64,000 nucleotides of DNA from Candidatus Calditenuis fumarioli (GTDB lineage Archaea > Thermoproteota > Nitrososphaeria_A > Caldarchaeales > Calditenuaceae). This document shows, in pieces, positions 45,144-53,531 of this stretch. Below the pieces are notes generated by a model. It was not told where the DNA came from, did not search any database, and saw nothing but the letters and a program-made list of their open reading frames with translations. The stretch lies in assembly GCA_030059665.1 (NCBI GenBank), contig JANVYR010000001.1, forward strand, positions 384,001 through 448,000, given 5' to 3'. Position 1 is the stretch's first letter, and every line of letters begins with the position of its first letter. The translations under genes and the position numbers were made by a program.

Positions 45144-45875
45144 ATGGGCCTGGGGAGGGAGGAGCTCTACGCGATGCTGTACGAGTGCGTGGCGAGGTCG
45201 CCCGGTTTCCCCTCCCTCAAGGCGAAGGTCCTCGAGGTGGTGATGAGGAGGCCCTACGTCACGCAGCAGGAGCTCGCAGCAGCCCTGAACCTCACTCCGG
45301 GTCAGGCGCTGATCGCCCTCAGGTCCGTCAGGTTGTGGTGCCATGAGGTCGAGACTGAGGTGAGGCTCTCCCGCAGGATAACGCCGATCTACCGGAGGGG
45401 TGCCATAGGAGGGACCTTCGACAACCTTCACTTGGGCCACTTGGCGCTCCTGAACGCGGCCTTCAGGTCGGCGGAGCGCGTCTTCATCGGCCTAACCACC
45501 GACGACTTCGTCTCCTCAGTTGGGAAGCGCGGCGTCGCGCCCTACCAGGAGAGGAGGGAGGAGCTCGAGAGGGTGCTGGAGCGGTGGGGTTGGCTGAGCA
45601 GGGCCGAGATAGGAGCGCTCTCCGATGAGCTCGGGCCGCCAGCGGAGGATCCGTCGTTCGACGTCATCATCGGAAGCCCCTTCACGCTCGCCAACTGCCT
45701 CAAAGTCAACGCCGTCAGGATCGAGCGCGGCCTGCCGCCGATCGCTGTGGAGTTATCGCCGATGGTCCTGGCCGAGGACGGGTTGCCCCTCTCGAGCACG
45801 AGGATAAGGGCCGGGGAGGTGGACAGGTATGGGAGGCTCACAGGATCCCGAGCACGAGGAGGACCAACAGCGTGA
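45144..45875 (+). CDS. coaD: Phosphopantetheine adenylyltransferase with N-terminal HTH domain
   Basis: GGTFDNLHLGH and the archaeal CoaD tail LAEDGLPLSSTRIRAGEVD; preceded by TQQELAAALNLTPGQ HTH. Start ATG 45144 or 45126. Confidence 0.85.
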   Translation: MGLGREELYAMLYECVARSPGFPSLKAKVLEVVMRRPYVTQQELAAALNLTPGQALIALRSVRLWCHEVETEVRLSRRITPIYRRGAIGGTFDNLHLGHLALLNAAFRSAERVFIGLTTDDFVSSVGKRGVAPYQERREELERVLERWGWLSRAEIGALSDELGPPAEDPSFDVIIGSPFTLANCLKVNAVRIERGLPPIAVELSPMVLAEDGLPLSSTRIRAGEVDRYGRLTGSRARGGPTA

Positions 45876-46740
45876 CCGAGGCCGCCGAGAAGGCCCAGAG
45901 TCCGCTCGAGCCCGTCAGCCTCTTCATCGCCCAGACCGAGTAAACGACGAGCCAGAGCCAGGACGCGACCGACGCCGCGATCGAGACGGGATCCCGGCTG
46001 ATCGGAGGATAGAACCTGTAGGAGACAAGGGAGTCGTACGTTATCAGGTCGTATTTCGCCATCACGAGCTCCGCGTCGCCGATCGTTGTTATCTCGAGCC
46101 CTTTCCTGACGCTGACGTCGGACAGCCTCACGACCGGTCTGATAGAGCCCGGTTCTCCCGATCCGTTTCGAAGGGCTTCATCCCCTCCCTCGACGAACGC
46201 TGTGACGCGTTCGGCCCTCAGGATCAGGGCCTCTCCCTCGACGGTCACGTTTCCCTGCTGGACCAGCACGTAGGTCACGTTCTCGAGCTTAAGTCCCGTG
46301 AGCTCGAACCCTACCACATAGACGTCCCTCTCCGGGAGGGCTACGTTGTACGCGAGCAGGAATGCGGATGCGATGCCGACCGCGACGGTTGCATGGAGGA
46401 CGGCGCTCACCAGCTGCGCCGAGAAGCCCCGGGTGGGTTTGCTGACGTAAACGATCGTCGCCAAAACGAACATGGTGACGACCGTGCCGATGACGACGTA
46501 TCCCAGCCCGGAGAACGCAACGTCCCTCGGAGACGTGAACGGGAAGTAGACGCCGCTCAAGACCCCGTTGAAGGGGTTGATCCACCTGGTCTTCACGGTC
46601 AGGGAGTAGACGTAGGAAAGGGTCGCGACCGCCGATGTTAGCCCGAAGACGAGGAAGGCCCTCCTCATCCTGACCCCGACCTCGAGCTCCGACGCGAGCC
46701 TCCTGGGGTCGAGCACCCCGATGATCTCCGTCCATCGCAT
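45838..46740 (-). CDS. Hypothetical membrane protein (Yip1-like TM segments around an extracellular insert)
   Basis: Three N-terminal and two C-terminal TM segments around a beta-rich domain; start ATG 46740 next to the nth stop. Confidence 0.65.
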   Translation of the reverse strand: MRWTEIIGVLDPRRLASELEVGVRMRRAFLVFGLTSAVATLSYVYSLTVKTRWINPFNGVLSGVYFPFTSPRDVAFSGLGYVVIGTVVTMFVLATIVYVSKPTRGFSAQLVSAVLHATVAVGIASAFLLAYNVALPERDVYVVGFELTGLKLENVTYVLVQQGNVTVEGEALILRAERVTAFVEGGDEALRNGSGEPGSIRPVVRLSDVSVRKGLEITTIGDAELVMAKYDLITYDSLVSYRFYPPISRDPVSIAASVASWLWLVVYSVWAMKRLTGSSGLWAFSAASVTLLVLLVLGIL

Positions 46741-47507
46741 CAACTGCCGCCAGCCGCCCGACGATAATAACCGCACAGGTCAGAGAGGACGCAACGGTCG
46801 CAGAGGGGCCTCCTGCTCCTGCAGACGGAGCGGCCGTGGGCTATCAGGAGGAGGTGGGCCTCGTACCTCGTCCCGGGTGGGAAGACCTCCTCGAGCCTGC
46901 TTTTGATGCGCTCGTAACTCTCCCGCTCACCGACGAGACCGAGCCTCTGGGCTACTCTCCTGACGTGGGTGTCGACCGGTATAGTGTCGAGAGTTCCGGT
47001 GCTCGAGAGGAGGACGTCGACCGTCTTCGGGCCTATGCCCTTGACCCTCAGAAGCGCTTCCCTCGCCGCGTCCGGTCCGCTCTCCAGGAGGCCTTTGAGG
47101 TCGGGATCTCCAAGCCTCAGCGCCAGCGCAGCGAGCTCCCTTATGGCCCGGGCCTTGGCATCCGCGAGGCCCGCAACCCTGATCGCACGGGCTATCCTCC
47201 TGAGGCCTGCCCTCACGAGGGCCTCGGGGGTCAAACCGACCGACCGCTCCAGCTCGGAGTAGGCCCTCATCGCTGCCTTATCGGTCGAGTTCTGAGAGAG
47301 GATCGTCGCCACGAGGACCCTGAAGGGGGAGCCGGTGGTCAGGTTGACGTAGCTCGAGACGAAGTCCTCCATTTTCAGCCTGTGAGCGCGCCTGAGCCTC
47401 TCGAGGACCTCCTTTCCCAGATCGCCCCCACCCTTGATGGCCCCGCCTATCCCCTCCCCGCTCACCCGCCTAGGGCCGCTCGCTCCCCAGATGAACCCTA
47501 CCGTCAC
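46740..47507 (-). CDS. nth: Endonuclease III
   Basis: LSQNSTD, HhH GIGPKT, VDTHV.RV and 4Fe-4S motif CRSRRPLCDRCVLSDLC; the start may be downstream (GTG 47465). Confidence 0.92.
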   Translation of the reverse strand: MTVGFIWGASGPRRVSGEGIGGAIKGGGDLGKEVLERLRRAHRLKMEDFVSSYVNLTTGSPFRVLVATILSQNSTDKAAMRAYSELERSVGLTPEALVRAGLRRIARAIRVAGLADAKARAIRELAALALRLGDPDLKGLLESGPDAAREALLRVKGIGPKTVDVLLSSTGTLDTIPVDTHVRRVAQRLGLVGERESYERIKSRLEEVFPPGTRYEAHLLLIAHGRSVCRSRRPLCDRCVLSDLCGYYRRAAGGS

Positions 47508-47543
47508 AACGGTTTATGACCGGAGGGTTTCACGGTTTACTAG

Positions 47544-47972
47544 ATGTCGTCCTCGCCCAAGAGGCTCGAGAGGTCAGATCGGAACAGGGTCATAGCTGGC
47601 CTCTTCGGCGGCCTCGGCGAGTACCTGAACGTCGACCCCAACATCCTGCGGCTTGCGGGGGTCGCCCTCCTGATCGTCGCGCCAGCGGTGACGGTCCTGC
47701 TCTACACCATAGGCGTCCTCCTCGTTCCCAAGTCTGGCGGGAAGCCCTACATCGGACCCGAGATCGAGATGTCAGCTGTAGGACCAGCGATAGTGGGCGT
47801 CGTGCTGGTGTTCCTGGGGACAGCGTTGATGTCGCCGTTCCTCGCAGCGGCCGGAATCTGGTTCTCCCCCATAACGATCAGGACCACGCTCCTCACCGTC
47901 TCGTTCGCTGCCGGTGCGCTCCTCTTCCTCATCGGAGCCGTGATCCTACTCACGCACCTCAGGAGGCTCTGA
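47544..47972 (+). CDS. PspC-domain membrane protein
   Basis: LERSDRNRVIAGLFGGLGEYLNVDPNILRL. Confidence 0.85.
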   Translation: MSSSPKRLERSDRNRVIAGLFGGLGEYLNVDPNILRLAGVALLIVAPAVTVLLYTIGVLLVPKSGGKPYIGPEIEMSAVGPAIVGVVLVFLGTALMSPFLAAAGIWFSPITIRTTLLTVSFAAGALLFLIGAVILLTHLRRL

Positions 47973-47984
47973 GGCCCGAGCGGC

Positions 47985-48446
47985 TCACTCCACTGGCGTC
48001 CTCCTCTCCTTCGGTATCTGCGGGTGGACCTTCCCGTCCCTCGAGACCTTCCCGCTCCCCGCGAAGAGCGGTCCGTGTCGGGCCACCACGAAGCTCGCCT
48101 CGGGATCCGCTCCGAGCTCCGAGATGTCTATCGGTTGACCGGACGCCCACCTCTCGAGCTGCGCGGCGTTGAGCTCGACCACGTTCCTCCTCAACCTCGG
48201 ACCGAACAGCTGGGATCCCTCGACGGAGAGGTAGAGGCCGAACTTGGTCCGCTTGAGGACGTAGAGACCCAGAGCCTCCACCTTCCCGATCCGCTGCGCC
48301 GTCTCGTACGCCTCCCTGGTGACAGCCCTTACCTTGCCCTCGGAGGCCTCGACGAGGACGAGGTCCTGCGGAATCTCGTCAATCCCGAACTCCCTCTCCA
48401 GCAGCTCCAGCAGGGCCTTCCGGTCAGACCGATCGAGGACCTTCAC
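47985..48446 (-). CDS. NIP7-like PUA-domain protein
   Basis: Coupled to the m5C methyltransferase; LSVEGSQL..P...NVVEL and PUA-like C-terminus. Confidence 0.75.
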   Translation of the reverse strand: MKVLDRSDRKALLELLEREFGIDEIPQDLVLVEASEGKVRAVTREAYETAQRIGKVEALGLYVLKRTKFGLYLSVEGSQLFGPRLRRNVVELNAAQLERWASGQPIDISELGADPEASFVVARHGPLFAGSGKVSRDGKVHPQIPKERRTPVE

Positions 48447-49390
48447 CGCGTCTCACCCTTCTCGATCAGCGCGACGAAGAAGCCCTCGCCGCCGTTGTCG
48501 TAGGGATAGCACTTGAAGCACTTGGCTACCTCGGGGTCGAACCGGATTCCGCTCCACTCCTCCAGGGGCCGCCTGACCTTGAGGCCCTCTGGTCTGAACT
48601 CGAGCACCCTCGCACCAGACCTCCTGCTCAGGAGCTCTGACACAACCCACTCGTTCTCGAGAGGGTGTATGGTGCACGTAGAGTACACGACCCTGCCCCC
48701 TGGGGACGTCGCGTCGTAGGCGGAGAGCAGAAGGGAGAGCTGGAGGACCCTGACGCGCTCCGTTATCCCGTGGGAGTAATTCTTTGCGGCCGCCCAGTCC
48801 TTCATCACGATCCCCAGCGAGCTGCAGGGGACGTCGCAGAGCACCCTGTCGAAGCTCTCCCTCATCCTCTTCCCGAAGTACCGGCCGTCCTTCAGCGTGA
48901 CCACGCAGTTCATCACGCCCCAGCGCTGAAGGTTCGAGATCAAGGGTCTGATCCGCTCGGTCGAGGCGTCGTTGGCGACTAGGACACCCGAGTTCTCCAT
49001 CAGCTGGGCGATCTGGGTCGACTTGCTCCCGGGCGCAGCGCATAGGTCGAGCACCCTCTCTCCCGGCCTCGGGTCAAGGGCCTCAACCGGGACCATCGAT
49101 ATCGGCCCCTGGATGTAGATCAGGCCGAAGAGGTGGGGGACCGTAGCTCCGAGCTCCTCACGCTCGGCCCTGTTCGCCCTGTACGCGTGCCTCGCCCAGG
49201 ATATCCGTTCCACCTCCCAACCCCTCTCCCTTAGGAACGAGACTATCACCTCCTCTGGGAGCTTCAGCGTGTTGACCCTGAACGTCTCCGGCAGCGGTCT
49301 CGTCATCGCATCGAGGTACAGGTCGACGTCCACGTCCGGGAGGCTCTGGAGGAGGGCCAACAGATCCTCCGATACCGGAATCCTGCTCAC
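48443..49390 (-). CDS. RsmB/NOP2-family RNA m5C methyltransferase
   Basis: VLDLCAAPGSKS, DVPCS and YSTCT..PLENE. Confidence 0.92.
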   Translation of the reverse strand: MSRIPVSEDLLALLQSLPDVDVDLYLDAMTRPLPETFRVNTLKLPEEVIVSFLRERGWEVERISWARHAYRANRAEREELGATVPHLFGLIYIQGPISMVPVEALDPRPGERVLDLCAAPGSKSTQIAQLMENSGVLVANDASTERIRPLISNLQRWGVMNCVVTLKDGRYFGKRMRESFDRVLCDVPCSSLGIVMKDWAAAKNYSHGITERVRVLQLSLLLSAYDATSPGGRVVYSTCTIHPLENEWVVSELLSRRSGARVLEFRPEGLKVRRPLEEWSGIRFDPEVAKCFKCYPYDNGGEGFFVALIEKGETR

Positions 49391-50019
49391 TTCAGAACCT
49401 CACCCGTCGAGGCGTACCAGAGGAGGAGGTCCAGTTCCTCAGGACTCATCCCTAGCTCTCCGGAGAGCGCCAGGAACCTCTGCTCCAGCTCGAGGTAGGT
49501 CCGGCGGGTCAGTGACCTCGGAACCCTCTCGATGGCTCCCAGCACCTCCATCCAGCGGAGAACGTGTCTGTCGAGGACCGCGATTCCGGTGAAGCCGACG
49601 TTCCTCATGAAGTGAGAGGCCTCCTTCAGCCCGAAGCCCCAGACCCTCTCCACCAGCGCGTCCCTCACCGATCCCGTCTCCCCCTGCAGGAGGGCGACCA
49701 GCACCGCTGGTTCTCCTCTGAGAAGACGTCTGTTCAGGACGAGGTAACGAGCCTTCCGGACGTGGAACCTTATGCCGTTCCTCCTCATCACCTCCGCGAC
49801 CTCCGAGGCCCGACCCGAGAGGAGGAGGCCTGAGGCTTTCAGCTCGTCGATCGCCCTGAGCGCCGCCTTAGCTTTGGACTGGGGCGTCATGACGCAGAAG
49901 GCCAGCTCCTCGAAGAGCCTGAAGGGGTCGCTCCTGTCGACGGACCGGAACTCCGCGATCCTCCGCTCGATCAGCCCCCGCACCTCCTCGTACGCCCTCA
50001 GCAATCGCTCCAGGGCCAT
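49387..50019 (-). CDS. ogg: 8-oxoguanine DNA glycosylase/AP lyase (OGG2 type)
   Basis: ELAFCVMTPQS, GFGLKEASHFMRNVG, AVLDRHVLR and LDLLLWY. Confidence 0.93.
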   Translation of the reverse strand: MALERLLRAYEEVRGLIERRIAEFRSVDRSDPFRLFEELAFCVMTPQSKAKAALRAIDELKASGLLLSGRASEVAEVMRRNGIRFHVRKARYLVLNRRLLRGEPAVLVALLQGETGSVRDALVERVWGFGLKEASHFMRNVGFTGIAVLDRHVLRWMEVLGAIERVPRSLTRRTYLELEQRFLALSGELGMSPEELDLLLWYASTGEVLK

Positions 50020-50066
50020 CCGGAGCTAAGTGATGCGCTTGACTTTTAGCACTGACACCGGGCCGG

Positions 50067-51506
50067 TCAGGACTGCCTCAGCAGCCTCCCCAGCTTCGTC
50101 CTGGTCGTGCCGAGCGTCATCGTGCCGGGGTCTATCACCCTGAAGGTGATCGGCAGCCTCCCAACCGCCTTCCCCCACGCGAGGACGTTCCCGGGAGGAA
50201 GGTTAGGCAAAATGGACCTGAGTGTCTCCGGGTCGATCTCCAGGTTTCGGGCCAGGTGCTCTATGTCGGACCCGTTCCTGATGTTGAACATGAAGACGTT
50301 GTCGGCCTGACGGTAGATCAGCGCCGGGATCGAGTCGGGCTGGTTGGTTATCAGGACGGTCGATATCCCTATGTGCCTCATCCTCGTGATGACGTCCTCC
50401 CAGTAGGTCTCCCTCAGGTAAAGGTGGGCCTCCTCCGCGAACAGGACGATCGGGTCGATCTCGTCGTTGAACAGGAGCTCCTTCATCCTGCTCAGCAGGA
50501 ACTCGACGAAGACCCGCCTCTGGATCGATCCGAGCCTGCTCATGTCGAAGACCACCAGCGCACCTCTGTCAGGCGGGAAGAGGGAGGTGAGGTCGACCTC
50601 CAGTTCCTCCTGATCGGAGTCCGTGAAGATGCCCGTGGACTCGAGCGTCAGCAGCCTGTTGGCGACCGCATCGCGGACCGACTCGTTCATCGGTACCGAC
50701 TGGACGGCCCTCATCAGATTCGGGAAGGTGAGGGCCCTCCTCCTGCGGAGGTCCCTGACCAGCCTCAGCAGCTCCCTCAAACTCGTCTGTGGGAGGCCCA
50801 AAGCGTACGTCATGACGTCGGCCAGGACCTCGTCCGACATGGAGGCCAGCGGGACCTGGAAGTTCACGCCGGGAGCGAGCACGGTCATCAGATCCGAGAC
50901 GTGGCTGGGTTCGCCGTCCCTCCGCCTGCCGAGCGAAACGTACTCTCCGTTCACGTCGAGCACCACCACGTTGCACCCGGCCCTCGCGAGCTCAGACGAC
51001 AGGACCTTCGCCAGGTGGGACTTCCCCGATTCCTTCCTTCCGACTATGAGGGTGACGCTTCCCTCAACGCTCGTGGCGTCGATCACCACGCCCTCGCCCA
51101 CCCTAACAGGCACCTTCGGTGGTGGAATCACCGTCCTGAGCAGGTCGCTCACCTCGACCCTCCTCACCCGGGACGCGTACCTGGAGGGAAGCCAGAGCCT
51201 GTTGGGGTCGACGCCGTTGACCCTCCTGACCTTCGCCACCACGACCCTTGAGTCCCTGATCGACCTGACGACCGATTCGATCTCGATCGGGTCCAGCCGC
51301 TCGGTCACCTCAACGGATCCACTCGAAAGGTCCCTCAGGATGTCCTCCATCAGCCCCGGAACGTCGGCGTACTCCACGTCTATCACCTGGAGCAGGATCT
51401 TCCGGTCGCTCTCCTCCACGACCAGGTAGTCCCCGAGCGAGAGGTCTGAGTCCCACGAGAGCGCGAGCAGCTCCACCTTGTCGCCCGACTTCCTGAAGAG
51501 CCTCAT
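50067..51506 (-). CDS. herA: HerA/FtsK-family ATPase
   Basis: N-terminal HAS-like barrel, Walker A GRKESGKS, Walker B LFAEEAH, MRHIG and TNQP. Confidence 0.82.
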   Translation of the reverse strand: MRLFRKSGDKVELLALSWDSDLSLGDYLVVEESDRKILLQVIDVEYADVPGLMEDILRDLSSGSVEVTERLDPIEIESVVRSIRDSRVVVAKVRRVNGVDPNRLWLPSRYASRVRRVEVSDLLRTVIPPPKVPVRVGEGVVIDATSVEGSVTLIVGRKESGKSHLAKVLSSELARAGCNVVVLDVNGEYVSLGRRRDGEPSHVSDLMTVLAPGVNFQVPLASMSDEVLADVMTYALGLPQTSLRELLRLVRDLRRRRALTFPNLMRAVQSVPMNESVRDAVANRLLTLESTGIFTDSDQEELEVDLTSLFPPDRGALVVFDMSRLGSIQRRVFVEFLLSRMKELLFNDEIDPIVLFAEEAHLYLRETYWEDVITRMRHIGISTVLITNQPDSIPALIYRQADNVFMFNIRNGSDIEHLARNLEIDPETLRSILPNLPPGNVLAWGKAVGRLPITFRVIDPGTMTLGTTRTKLGRLLRQS

Positions 51507-52465
51507 CTCCCATCGAACGGTGAGAGGACCGCGGCCCTCACGTCGACCTCCTCGTGCACCCTCAGCCCGTACCTCCTCTCGAGGACCGATTTGATCGCGG
51601 CGATCTCGGCCCAGCTGTGCCTCGAGAAGGCGTGGGCGACCGTGAGCGTCTCAGGGTAACCGGAGATCAGCGCGTCGCTCGCCACGACGTCCGAGAGCGC
51701 ATCGATCCACCGGTCCGCCGGGAAGACGTCCGCCCTGAAGGCGATGCCGCCTTTCTCGAGGCGGGCAACTGTCACTCCGACCTCTCCACCTGGGTACGGA
51801 AGGAGCTGGGCCCTCCTCGCCAGGAGCGCCACCCTCTCCGCCTTTCCGAGCAAGTGCCCGAGGTGGGCGGCGAGGACGCTGTTCTTCGCTATTCCGATCA
51901 CGGACGTGCCGTCCGTTGAAAGCGGGAGCTCTGGCACCCTCGTTAGCGGCATGTCGAGGAGGAGAACGGATTCGGGAGCCTCCCTTGAGACCAGCTTCTG
52001 GACGAGCGACTCGAACCTCCTCAGCTCGACGAGCGCCACGGAATCCGTGGAGGAGGGCTGCACGACGCTCGCCAGCTTCGGCAGCGGCCCCACCACCCTG
52101 ACCCGCATCGAGCTGCCCGATCTGATTACCACCGCAGCCTTCAGCGAGAGGAGCGGCCTCCCTCCCGCGAACCCGAGCTGGACGACGGAGCCGTCGACCG
52201 CGACCAACCTCCTCCGCGTCCCGGGAGCTATCGCGGCCGGCTCTAGGTCACCATCCTGCACAACTTGCCCAAGGATCGCCGCCTCGTCATCCAGATCCTG
52301 ATCGGCTTCCTGACCGTTCAGGAAGAGAACGCCCGTCGGGTCTCTCGAGGCCCTTTTGAGCTCGTCCACCCACAACTCCGCGATACTTTTAAATAAGTGC
52401 CATGAGACATCGAAGGTGTTGAGGCGAAGCAACTCGGTAGCCATGCTCACTCCGCCCACCATCAA
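51503..52465 (-). CDS. nurA: NurA-family nuclease
   Basis: VAVDGS, LLD, GIAK and GYPETLTVAH; ATGA-coupled to herA. Start uncertain. Confidence 0.8.
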   Translation of the reverse strand: MMVGGVSMATELLRLNTFDVSWHLFKSIAELWVDELKRASRDPTGVLFLNGQEADQDLDDEAAILGQVVQDGDLEPAAIAPGTRRRLVAVDGSVVQLGFAGGRPLLSLKAAVVIRSGSSMRVRVVGPLPKLASVVQPSSTDSVALVELRRFESLVQKLVSREAPESVLLLDMPLTRVPELPLSTDGTSVIGIAKNSVLAAHLGHLLGKAERVALLARRAQLLPYPGGEVGVTVARLEKGGIAFRADVFPADRWIDALSDVVASDALISGYPETLTVAHAFSRHSWAEIAAIKSVLERRYGLRVHEEVDVRAAVLSPFDGR

Positions 52466-52506
52466 AGGAAATTGCTGGCTATTTAATGTTGCGCAGGTTG
52501 GTCAAC

Positions 52507-52992
52507 ATGAATCAGGATAATTCAACAAACAGGGTGAAGGTGAGGCTCAACGTCCGGGGCGTCGAGGTCGAGATAGAGGCGCCCGTGGATCAGCTCGAGG
52601 AGAGCGTGAGGAGGGTCATGGCAGCGCTCGGCGAGGCGGAGGCCAGACAGGAGAGGCCGGCGCAGGAGGTCAGGAGGCAGCTCACGTGCAGGCAGGTGGT
52701 CGAGCGCCTCGTCTCCGAGGGTTACTTCCGGGAGCCGCGGACCCTCTCGGACGTCTACCAGGAGGTCAAGAGGCGGGGGTACGGCTTCGACGCTACCGCA
52801 GTGGCGCACGTTCTCCTCGAGCTGGTGAGGGAGGAGGTGCTCGACAGAGACGGATCGCCGAGGAGGTACCTTTACAGGGAGAAGAGGCGCATCGAGGCGA
52901 AGGGGTTTCCCGAGACAGGAAGCGACCAGCTCACCCTGCCTGCTGCCGAGGAGAGAAGCGCTCGATCAGATACCGCATCCCCATCGGGGTGA
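52507..52992 (+). CDS. Hypothetical winged-helix protein
   Basis: N-terminal KVRLNVRGVEVEIE hairpin; C-terminal YFREPRTLSDV...LVREEVLDR wHTH. ATG 52507 lies 25 nt after TTTAAT. Confidence 0.75.
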   Translation: MNQDNSTNRVKVRLNVRGVEVEIEAPVDQLEESVRRVMAALGEAEARQERPAQEVRRQLTCRQVVERLVSEGYFREPRTLSDVYQEVKRRGYGFDATAVAHVLLELVREEVLDRDGSPRRYLYREKRRIEAKGFPETGSDQLTLPAAEERSARSDTASPSG

Positions 52993-53434
52993 CCTCGTAG
53001 TCTCCCCTCTCGAGCCTCCTCACGAAACCGCTCTTCCGCAACTCGCTCAGAGCTCCCGTCAGAGTCCCCCTCTTCAGCCCGAGGCCCTCCGAGAGCTCGC
53101 GGAGGTTGGTGGAGCTCGACTGCCTCCTGCCGAGCAGGTGCTCGACCCTTCTCAGCGCTAGGTAAAGGAGGACCTGGTCGGGAGCGGGCAGTCCGTGCGC
53201 CGTGGGTCTGAACGCGAACCCGATGGACTCGTCGAAGACGACGTGCTCCTTCACCGACTCGAGGAACTCGGGCACGCTCACGTCCACGCTCAGCGCCCTC
53301 GCCAGGGAGTAGGCCGGAACCACCTTCTCCACGAACTCGTGGACCGCCCTGATGACCGACGTGACGTCGCCCTCCACCGAGAACTCAACGCCCTCATGCC
53401 TAAGGGTGACCTTGAGCGTGTCCTTCGAGGACAA
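52931..53434 (-). CDS. Hypothetical winged-helix protein
   Basis: N-terminal KVTLRHEGVEFSVE hairpin; C-terminal LRELSEGLGLKRGTLTGALSELRKSGFV wHTH. Confidence 0.78.
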   Translation of the reverse strand: MSSKDTLKVTLRHEGVEFSVEGDVTSVIRAVHEFVEKVVPAYSLARALSVDVSVPEFLESVKEHVVFDESIGFAFRPTAHGLPAPDQVLLYLALRRVEHLLGRRQSSSTNLRELSEGLGLKRGTLTGALSELRKSGFVRRLERGDYEVTPMGMRYLIERFSPRQQAG

Positions 53435-53531
53435 ACCGAACTGAAGGGTGACAAGACGTATTTGAGGGTACGCAGCTCAGCCGACGCTCCCGGGTGACGC
53501 TTATCATCGAGAGCTGGTAGACGACCGCAGG

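Noticed and set aside
47985-49390. NOP2/RsmB methyltransferase coupled to a NIP7-like PUA protein
   Set aside because: This pairing is a known conserved ribosome-biogenesis association, not novel.
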